Assembly (NCBI GenBank): GCA_036172245.1
Contig: JAYWIR010000074.1
Coordinates: 62,001 to 126,000 of the forward strand
DNA: 64,000 nt
Origin: Raillietiella orientalis
Lineage: Eukaryota
Direction of reading: 5' to 3'
Below, piece by piece: positions 54,356-64,000 of this stretch; position 1 is the first letter of the stretch, and each line of letters begins with the position of its first letter. The notes under the pieces were generated by a model. It did no database searches. It had not been told where the DNA came from and saw nothing but the letters and a program-made list of their open reading frames with translations. Position numbers and translations under genes: made by a program.

Positions 54356-56521
54356 TTATCACCCGGTCACGCCTCGGCGTTTATTAATAATAATAAACTG
54401 GTCAGACACAATGTCCTCAACCAACAGAACGACAGAGAACATAGAAAAATTACCGGCACGCAGGCGTGGGAGGAATGAGGGGAAACAATCAAAAATCAAA
54501 AACTGGAGGGAAGGGTAACAAATTTTTGGATAGGCTCCGTACTCACGGGGATTTATACGATGAGCACCTGAAATTTTCCGGAGCCTATAGGGACGCGGGT
54601 GTAAAATGAAAATACAAAATTAGTTCATGGAGGGTGAGGCAATGATCACCGGGTTGTCCGCTGCTGAGGGTGTGTAATCAGGCGGTGTATTGCGGCGAGA
54701 TTCCTTTTTGTCTCTTCTGTCAAATGAGGTTATCTAACGCATGCTCCTATATAGAAGGATGCTTTGCTGATTACCTCTTGGTGCTGTCCGTTGATTGCCA
54801 ACGCCTGGCGGACGGAAACTATCGCGCGTTTGCAACCGATGGTTGCAATCCTTGCGCTTAGGGACAGCCCGCTCGGCGTGAAGAACCGTCGCAGCAAGTC
54901 TCTTGCGCTGTCCACGGGATGCATTAGTGCTGTTGCCAGCCTACGGCACAGTCCTTGTAGGACACTGCAGTCCAGAAGTAGGTGCGGAATCGACTCCGAC
55001 GATCCGCACCGAACGCAGTTCGCAGACGTAAGTCCCCCGGAGTCACGATGCCAACGCTCGTTGCACTGAAAACCCCAGTGAACAAAAAGCAGCACGGCTT
55101 GTTTCCAAGCAAGGGGGAGCAGCGAACTGTCAATACACTGTGGAGGGACTACAAGTTCTTCGGGGGGGGCAGCAAGTTCTTCTGCCCACCGGAGGAGTCC
55201 CTTTGCAGTAACACGAGGAGTGGCGGCGTCCGCCTACTCACTCGTCTTCCAGGCGCCAAGGAGTTTGGTTTTTCCCGCTATCGTGCAACTCGCCGGTAAG
55301 TAACTGTCGTTTCTCGCCCTGCGGGCAGACAGCGCTGCGGCAAGAGGCGTGGCAGCCAGAGTAGAAAACTTCACCTCGTCCTGCAGTACTTCTTCCAAGG
55401 ATCGTGGAAAATATTGGCGCAAAAGGCGAAGATCTTCAGGGCGTATTTCTTGGAACGCCGTCCAGGATTCAACAGACTCCTGCCGCCCAGCTTGAAAGTT
55501 CATTGGGCGGCAGGAGATCCACGAGTGAGCTTCCAGAAGTGCGGTCAACTGCCGCAATGGAAACCGAAACCCCGCTTCCTGTATTGAGTGCCCGGCAAAA
55601 GCAAGAGAAATCCTCCGCTGCCGTCGCATCTCCGCAGGAGAATGCCAGCTGACACACACAGAAGGGATGTCCATAGCTGGGCACACAGTGCCAGCAGTCG
55701 GAACTGCACCTGCAGTCCGATTCGCTCCATTGTCAGTAAACCCAAAACAGCAGCCCAACGCGGAGCTAACAAATCTTTAAGGCGGATCCTGGATCTCGCC
55801 GGACCCCAGAGAGCGTTCCTGAGCAGGCGTTTAGCCCGCTGTTTCGCCGTATAGGGGGACTCCAAAACAAAAAACAGGGGACGGACGAGCGGGGCCACAA
55901 AGGTGTTCTAAATAGTCGCCCGTTCCTGCAAGGTGAACTTGCCGTTAAAGAACGGTCTGATGGCCAAATCTGCTTCCCGAAGACAGTCCGCCCACGCTTT
56001 GCCTGCGCCGAAAGCACCCGACGAAACGCCAAGGTACTTGAAGTACCCGCCCGTAGGGATCCCCAGGCGGATCCAGTCGGACTGCCCCTCCCACGACGTA
56101 CCCACAGGAACGATCGCGCTCTTCTCTCTGTTCACGCTCACGCCCGCTCCCCGACGAATCAGGTCGAAGAAATCCTCGACACTGGACGCCGCGGTGCACA
56201 TGGGGTGCAGAAGAAGCAGGTCATCAGCGTAGGCGGCCACGGCAGGCGTTCCCGTGCAGGAGCTTGGCAAGTGAGACAGCGTCAGCCTGTATGCTCTTAG
56301 CACCAACTCAAACAAGATGCTTCATAGCAACGAGCTTAAGCTGTCGGCCTGGCGGATGCCCCTACGAACGGGAATACCATACACGCGGCAGACGCTGAAA
56401 GTGATGCAGTCTAGCGCGTGGCGCCAGCACGCGCGCAAATATCAGCAGGAGTTGCGCCGGGAACCCAAGGCGTTCCACATGCTCTAAAAGCAGCTTCTGG
56501 TTTACGCGGTCGAACGCCTTG
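54356..56521 (-). mobile_element. Element M (famF): 3' half (KAFD to 3' end) of an element whose upstream part is P
   Basis: YADD (55908..56315), CVRCGSSESIPHLLLDC; terminal box ccgggtgataa at 54356-54366. Confidence 0.93.
56510..56521. repeat. Target-site duplication, left copy
   Basis: tcgaacgccttg versus tcgaactccttg at 63520-63531. Confidence 0.8.
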
Positions 56522-59500
56522 CGTCCTTCACGGTGGACGTGTTTTCTCGGTGCTCCTCGTGCCAGGAAGTCTCCTTCAGAGCGAGCGTCGTATGTTTCAG
56601 AGGTGGATCAGGCCGCGATGCCTGACGCGAACATCAGGGATGGCCAGGGGGCAGCGGCAACGCCGTCCCAAGAGGAGATGGAGGTGGGGGCATTCGCCCC
56701 CACAGAATCGGTTCCCGCTGCAGGGCGGGCGTGGAGCGCCGTTGTGTCGGCGCCATCGCCTACAGCCGCGGCGGAATTGTCGGCCAATGTAGAGGAGGGG
56801 TACAACCCCTCATTGTTCTACAAGGTAAGCAATTTATATTCTTTAGAGAGCGCGCGCGCATTTTCGAAAGGCATGCGCGCTCTCGATGTGAAAGAGGAGG
56901 AGCTCAGCGGTATGACCATTCGCAGCGGGGTCAGTACGTTGAGGTCATCTGCAAACATGCAGAGCTGGCACAAAGACTGCTTAAAATCTCCTTGTGATGG
57001 AGACGCGCAGGCTCCTCCCCACTACGGCGGACCGCAGCGTAGTGCTCCACCTGTTAGGCGTAACTGCGCGAATGCGCAAAGAACAGGTTCGCGCAGCTTT
57101 GAAACAGTTCGGAACGGTCCAAGCGCAGTGGACGAAAGTAAGTCCTTTCGAGGACTACACGGGGCCGCAACACGGCCTCACTGCTGCGCGCGTGACCGTT
57201 CGGGAGGGCTGCACTCTTCCCCACAAACTGGTGGTCGAAGGCGAAACCGTCGACTTCTGGTATGTGGGGAAGCCGAAATACTGTGGCTTCTGTAATACGT
57301 CGGGCCACCTTAAAAAGAGGTGTACCAATGTGCAGTGCCAAGTATGCGGAGCCATGGGACACACGAGGGAGGTGTGCCGTAAAGCAGCAGTGAGGGTGGT
57401 TTTTAAGAGAATCCTTAAAAAACGTGCCCCGCTTCTGCAGAAAAGGCTGGCAAGGAAGCTGCCGCGAAGGCTGTGCTACCCGCGCCCAAGGCCCAGGCCG
57501 CACCCGAGACCCCGGCGAACAACGCCGAACAAGTCGAGGGAACAAGCAGGGAGTCTAAGTGGCAGGTATCTACGGCCATAAAATCAAAGAAGGAGAGGAG
57601 GATGGAGAAAAAGCTCGCGTATTGCCAGAAAAAACAGCAGGCAAGCGAGCAAATTAAAGAATGCAGCGTTGTCGTCCAGCGTATTCCTCACCGCTGCGAA
57701 AAAGAACTCGTCGCTACCGACGACAACCCCTCTGTTGACTCTGTCAACAGCGAGGGGAGCGAGCCGGCGGCGGCGTCCGTCATCGACACCACCATCGATG
57801 ACGTAGCCTTCGCGCGAGCCGCGGAGGAGCTGGAAGCCTCGTTGCAGCCAGAACCCTCCAAGGCTGGCAAGAAGGATGTAAAGCGTCCGGCCTCCCCTCA
57901 GGAGTCCCCCACTTCCGACCCCGAGTTGAAGACCGGAAGCGCAGCCTCCGTTTCCACGGCACCGCGCAAGAAGGCTGGACTTAAGTCCACAAAGCCAAGG
58001 AAGCTCGTCTCCCCCGTCGAAGGGGAAGAGATGGCTTCCGCAAGCGAGGGTGCCATGAGCGTGGGAAAATCTCGGGACCCATCGCCCGAGAGACTTTCAC
58101 GCGCGGACACGGAGGGATGGAGGGAGTAAAGGCCGAACAGGTGGCTCAGTTGCCTGAGAAGGCCGAAACCCCCATGGACATCCCGCCTGGCTCGCAAGAG
58201 GAGGGCTCCATCACACCTTAATCTTCCCAGCAGTAATGCCGGGAATCTCCTCCCGCCGTCGTCTCCGCATCGCCGTTTGGAACGTGAACGGCATGACAGA
58301 CACCGGTAGGAGACCAGACATGGCCGCCCTTCTGGAGTCCTACGACCTTGCGCTGCTGCAGGAGATCCACGTGATCTCTGCAGAACAAGCGCAAGAGATC
58401 GAACGGATCTCCGGAGGGCGGCTGTGGTACAGGTGTGGGAGAGCGAAAAGTTGCGCTGTCGCCTACCTGCTTCGGCCAGCCGTCGAGGCCGCGGCTCGGG
58501 GCGTGGGGTTCGACGATCACGGTCGTGTCGGCCAGCTGACTCTCAGGTGGTCCAAATCGATCGATCTGATCGTCACGAACGTGTGCGCACCGAGCGGCGC
58601 GGACCTGATGACCAGGAGGGCAAGGAAAGACTCTTTCTTTGCCCTCCGGCAAGACTGGCTGACCGAAGCAGGCGTGCGGGATGCCCATCTGGTTGCAGGC
58701 GATTTCAACGTTCGCCTGAAACCAGATGGGCAGAATTTCGAGCGTGACCTGGTCAACGAGGTGTGCATGGCGGTGCACACCTGTAAATTGTTGGACAGTG
58801 CACCGAGGATGGAAGACAGCATTGACCACGTGTTTCTTCACGAGCACCTGTGCCCTCACGTGGGCAGGCGCCGCAAGTTACCGTGCGTGCTGTCGGACCA
58901 TCGCCCGCTGGTCCTCGAGATCCATCCGCGCGACAGGGGCCCCCCTCGTGAGCGTTGCGTCTCCCAGGGGACTGGCTGGAGCTCCCGGACGCGGCGGAAC
59001 ATCAGCACACGTTCATACGGAGCTTCAGACCGCGAAAACTCCAGGATTGGGACCGCTTCAAGCGGTCGGTCCTGGAGTTCTGCGACCAGTTCCTTCGGCA
59101 CCGCCTACCTACGGGTTTTGGGACCGGGGTCCGTAACGAACAAGCCTACCTGCAGGCCGGTCGTTACGCCAGGACCCACGACATCCGCAGGCTGGCAAAT
59201 TACAAAGCGGGAGCCGAGAAGCAAGCCTGGCAGTCCGGATCGGCCAGCTTACTGGACGATCAGGGCCAGGAGCACTCGGCACCTGCCCAAATCCGCGACC
59301 TGCTGCGGAGTTACTACTCCTCCCTGTATGCCAGGGCACCTCCGGAGAGGAACGTATCACGAATCCTGCTTCCGGAAGGCGCTCCAGCGAACGGGGAGGA
59401 GCAGACAAAGACCATCGACGAGCCTTTCACGATGGACGAGATCCTCTCGGCCATCGGAAAGCTCAAGAGGCGAAAGGCTCCATGAGAGGACCGCCTGCCC

Positions 59501-62051
59501 GCGGAGTTTTATCAAACTTTCGCGGCTGAGCTTAGCCCCCTGGTACAGCAACACACCTTGCTGATACGCGAAACATGTGACGTTCCCGCCTTGTTTCGTT
59601 CGGCAAAGGTGCGGATCCTCCCTAAAAAAGGAGATCTGAGGAGCATGAACAACTGGCGTCCGATCACAATAGTGAATTCGGCAGCCAAGTTGATAGCCAA
59701 GATGTGGGCAGAGCGTTTGGGACGCGTTGTCAACATCGTCATCAGCTCGGAACAGACATATCCTGTTCCCAAGCGAAGCATGGAGGCGAACCTGTTCCAC
59801 GCTTCCACCTGGCTAGAGCTCCAACATGAAAGGAGCTTGGTGCGCAGCCGGAATTCCGGTGCGTGCGCCGGCAAGGGGTTGGATGGTCGGGTGGGGAAGG
59901 GAGCACTTGCGGTCGCAATCGACTTGCGGAAAGTATTCGATTGCGTCGACCAGAATCTCCTTCTAGAGCTTCTGGAACGCTTGGGCTTCTTGGACTCATT
60001 AGTGGCCTATCTGCGCTCCTGCTGGCGCGAAGCGCTCATCAATGTTACTTTCAGCGGGCAGACCGTGCACGGCGTGCCGGTGCGGCGTGGGATCCGGCAG
60101 AGAGACAGCCTGAGCCCCTTGCTCTTCAGTACCTACTTTGAGTTGGTACTGAGAGCGTACAGGGGAACTCTGGCGCATCTGCCGCACGACTGTGCCGGTA
60201 CGCCGGCCGTTTCAGCATACGCGGACGACCTTCTGCTGCTGCTCCCTATGTCCACCCCGGCTGCGGCGGTCAAGGAGTTCTTCGACCTGCTGCATCGGCG
60301 AACCGGACTTACGTTGAACACGGCGAAGTCGTCCGTGATGCCAGTTGGTGTGGCGTGGGCAGGGCAGCAGGACTGGGTCCGTCTGGGTATCCCCACGGTG
60401 AGGTGCATCAAGTACATCGGTGTGCCGTTGGGGGACTTCTCTCCTGCGGAAGCGTGGTTCAGCTGCCTCCAGAAAGTCGAGACGGCGATCGGCCCGTTCC
60501 TGGAAGGCAAGTTTCACTTACCGGAACAAGCCGTGGTTTGGAACGCCTTCGCGGCCCCCAACCTCCGCCCCTTGCTTTTTGTTTGCCCCGCCCCCGTGGA
60601 ATCAAAAAAGCGGACTGAGGACCTCCTCCGCATAGCTCTTTGGGGCAAGGGGAGGCCCCGAGTTCCTTTGGAGGACTTGTGCGCTCCGCGTTGGGACGGC
60701 GGTCTCAGCATCCTGACGCTGGAGCGCGTGGAAATCCAGCTGCGATGGCGGACCCTCGCCATCGCAGCGAAGATGTGGAGCACCGCTTGGTGCATTCCGT
60801 CCCGCCTCCTGGCCAGGCGTGTGTTCCGCTGCGAAGGACTCGCATCGTTTCTTCTGTGCCCTGGCCGGAAGATTAGAAAATGCGGTCTAATGCTCGGCCG
60901 CATGGCATCCCTGGCAAAGGAGAACGACTGGATGCTTTGTTACCCTGCCAACTCCTATGCTTGGCTGGAAGAGACTGCTGGCACCTGGGCGAAGCAGAAC
61001 CAAAGGTGCGAAGACCGGATGAACTGCCTGCGAGTCGGCTTATACGCCCGCCGCACTCTTCGTGAAATTCTTGAATTTCCACCGAGTTGCACGTGGGCGG
61101 AAGGCACACCCCTTGTTACGGCGATGCCCTTCCTCCAAAGGGCGCTTCACGGAAGCCGGAAGCCAAGGTGGCAAGTCTGCTGCCGTATCGCAGGCAGAGA
61201 GAAGATGATGAGCGGCTGGACCATGGGAGAGTTGACAGATGCAACGACCCCTAGTCTCCAGCCGCGTGGATTAAGAAGATGGGGCGAGCTGCTCGGCATT
61301 CGATTGGATGACCTGAAGTGGCCCCCGGTTCTACTTGGATCCAAGATTCTCCCCCTGAAGTGGCAAGAATCGGCGCTTCTGTGGCTGCATTGGGGTCTAC
61401 CCTGCATCGCGCGTTGCTTCCACTGGACGCGGGGAAGAGTAAATCCTGCGTGTGCCAGGTGTGGGGAGCGGGAGTCGCTCCCCCACCTCTTAGTCGAATG
61501 CCCTGCCGTCCGGATTCTTTGGGATCGTCTGAAAACGGCCCTCCGGATACCGGATTTGGTGGCAATGTTGAATGTATCTTCAGTCTTGTCTTCGTGCGGG
61601 ACGCTCTCAGTCCAGCCGCAGCCCTGGCAGCACTTTGCTGCATTCGTGGTATCGTGGCGGGCTGAAGTGATGCCGAAGATGAAGACTGCATCGTGAGGGA
61701 CGTCATCGAGTATGCTTCGCGCTTCCTGCAGAGAGCTACCCGATGGTCCCATCTAGGAAAGCTGAAAATGGAACTAGAAGGCATCCTGCAAAGGATGGGC
61801 GCTCCCAGCAGTTTTCTGTGATCCCTTCCCGGCCCTCCAAACTTTTTTTTTTTTTGTGGTTTGTTTTTCTATTTTATTTTATTTTTGTTTTTTCCCCCTT
61901 CCCCCTCCACTGCCGAGGAGAGCCACACCGGGCTGCGTCCCGGTGTCCCGGCAGTTTCCGCATTCGGTGGCCGTCAGTGGGGCCTTGTATTACGTTCTGT
62001 ATTGACCGTTGAAATGTTTTTAATAAACGTCCCGGCGTATCCGGGTGGCAT
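56522..62051 (+). mobile_element. Element N (famD): full-length (~5.5 kb) LINE, best preserved copy in the window
   Basis: ggacgtgtttt 56535; ORF1 knuckles; TAATG 58234-58238; APE; 712-codon RT stretch; stop ~61820; terminal box ccgggtggcat 62041-62051. Confidence 0.96.
58236..61820 (+). pseudogene. ORF2 of element N: APE endonuclease, reverse transcriptase, CCHC zinc finger; a few frameshifts and stops
   Basis: WNVNG, QE, GDFN, IDH, SDH; NWRPITIVN, DLRKVFD, QRDSLSPLLF, YADD, KYIGV; CARCGERESLPHLLVEC. Confidence 0.94.
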
Positions 62052-63519
62052 CGCCCCCTGCTTTTTGTTTGCCCCATCAGAGAGAGAATTAAAAAGCGGA
62101 CAAAGGACCTCCTCCGTATCGCTTTTTGGGGCAACGGGAGGGCCCGAGTCCCCTTAAAGGACTTGTGCGCTCCTCGTCGGGATGGTGGTCTAGGCCTCCT
62201 GACGCTGAAGCGGCTGGAACTTCAGCTCCAGTACCGATTGTCGGCACTGGTTCCAGAGTTGTGGTGCACCTGTTGGTGTCTCCGTGCACGTCTCCTTCTC
62301 CAGCAAGCCACCGGCAAGACGGGACTGACGTCGTTTCTTGCACTCCGTCGCCGCGTCAACCGATGCGGACTCCAGCTACGGAGGGTGGCTGCGCTGTACC
62401 GGGAAAACCCAGGATTGCTTACCTGTCGCCCTTTGAACGGTTGTGCCTGGTTGCAGGAAACCTTTCGAACGTGGGAACAGTTCGGCATGCAACGCTCCGA
62501 ACAGGAACGAAGGTTCCTGTTTGGGGGTTACAGAAGTTGCACGCTCCGCGAGATCCTTTAGGATCCTAAGAAGAGGGAGTGGACAGGAAGAACCCCCCTC
62601 GCTGCTGCGCTGGACTCCTTAGTGGAACATCAGGACAGCGATGCTGAGGCGAAGTGGGAGGTTACAATAAAAATCTCCGGGAAGGAGAAGAAGCAGAGAG
62701 AGTGGAAGACGGGCCAGCTAACTGATGCTGCGACCCCGAGTACGCCTCCTAATGGACTTCTGAAGTGGGAAGCGCTGCTGGATGTTCCGATTGAACATCT
62801 GAAGTGGCCCCTGATTCTTATGAACACTTCCATCCTCCCCCTAAAATGGCAAGAGTCGGCATTCCTGTTGCAGCACTGGGGACTCCCCTGCAACGCCCGT
62901 CGACACCACTAGACCTGGGGAGCGGTGGATCCCAATTGTGTAAGGTGCGGGGAACGGGAGTCCCTCCCCCACCTCCTAGTGGATCGTGTTGCCCTTCGGC
63001 CCCTTTGGTTCCGCTTTGTCGAGGCCATGGGAATCCCCTGCGGCAACCCCAGGGACGCACTGAAAGCCCTCTTCGCTGCTGACGCCCTTCGGCCAGCGGC
63101 CTCGTTAGCAGCTTTGTGCTGCCTACGCGGGATTGTCACCGTTTGGAGCAAGGCTACGGCAGGACAACGCGATCAGGCTGCCATCCAGCCAGCCTCCCAG
63201 TTCCTGAGGAGGGCGTTCCGATGGCCCCACCTGGATCCAGGAATACAGAAGGAGCTTGCCGACATCCTGCAAAGGATGCAACGTCCCAACTAGCAACTGT
63301 GATCCCTTCCCTTACCCTGCCAACTTTTTTTTTCTTTTTTGTTTTGTATTTTGTATTTCTTCCTTCCCCTCCTGCCGTAGTGGACCGTACGGGTCTGCGA
63401 ACCGGAGACCCGGCAGGCTCCGTGTTTGTTCGTGCGTGGCTGGAGCAATGGTCCAGCCACCGCACGTCTTTGTAAAAGTTTATTTTACAATAAACCCTTC
63501 GGATAAATCCGGGTGAAAA
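62052..63519 (+). mobile_element. Element O (famH): 5'-truncated LINE
   Basis: RPLLFVCP, LKDLCAPRRDGGLGLL, CVRCGERESLPHLLVD; terminal box ccgggtgaaaa 63509-63519. Confidence 0.93.
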
Positions 63520-63531
63520 TCGAACTCCTTG
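63520..63531. repeat. Target-site duplication, right copy
   Basis: Matches 56510-56521 at 11 of 12 positions. Confidence 0.8.
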
Positions 63532-64000
63532 TGGAGATCGACCGCGAATGCCAACGCTCCCGGCGTTCCGTCCTGCCGTCGGGGCCTGTTCTCGCCTGCG
63601 GCAGTGACTTTTTGAGCAGCCTGGCTTTGCTGCGCCACAACTTCCTGCAGCTGCATCCATGTACGCGCGAACAGCATGTTCCCTTCCATGGATTGTCCCG
63701 GAACGGCGTACGTTTGTTCCGGGCTCACCACAGATTTCGCGATACTTCCTAACCGCGCGACCGACAGCTTCGAAAACAACTTGACGTCCGAGTTCATCAA
63801 GGTGATAGGACGCCAGCTGTTAAGTTGACACAAGTCTCCGGCTTTCGGCAAAAACCGCACCTTCGCTGAACGGAAGGAATCCGGGACATTCCCGGATTCA
63901 CTCATCAGCGTCGCGAGTTTCAGCATCAAGGGAATGAGCTCCACTGCAAAGCACTGATAAAACTCTGCAGGAAGCCCATCCTCGCCTGGCGACTTTCGTC
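63520..64000 (-). mobile_element. Element P (famF): RT N-terminal part continuing beyond the window; upstream half of M
   Basis: KSPGEDG, SWRPITLMNSD, GTPGALAFAVDLHKEFD; reading continues into M at KAFDRVNQ. Confidence 0.92.

Noticed and set aside
1690..63519. Terminal motifs as CRISPR repeats, LTRs or terminal inverted repeats
   Set aside because: Irregular kb-scale spacing, always at the LINE 3' end and never at both ends; no cas, integrase or transposase genes

Overview
Eukaryotic DNA (organism not identifiable from this window). Two dense clusters of degenerate non-LTR retrotransposons (about 1-24.6 kb and 40.7-64 kb) flank a ~16 kb lower-GC spacer with no recognisable intact gene. The elements look L1/Tx1-like: ORF1 has two CCHC zinc knuckles; ORF2 has an APE endonuclease, a YADD reverse transcriptase and a C-terminal CCHC zinc finger. 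About 20 copies or fragments from at least six diverged families (my labels famA, C, D, E, F, H) are nested into one another in both orientations, and none is fully intact. Main observations: (1) all 13 visible 3' ends finish in the same ~30-nt signal (AATAAA-like, CCCGG-loop-CCGGG hairpin, 11-nt box CCGGGTGACAA) with no poly(A) tail; (2) reading from that box, insertion sites recur at the same nucleotide in different host families. famF lands in the APE GDFN codons (2x), famH in the RT KAFD codons (2x), famC/famD in the G[FY]G codons of the APE-RT linker (3x), and famA abuts the 5' leaders of other elements (3x). This suggests a community of LINEs that target conserved motifs of each other. 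One target-site duplication (12 bp, 1 mismatch) brackets a two-element compound insertion. All alignments were made by eye and family assignments are provisional.
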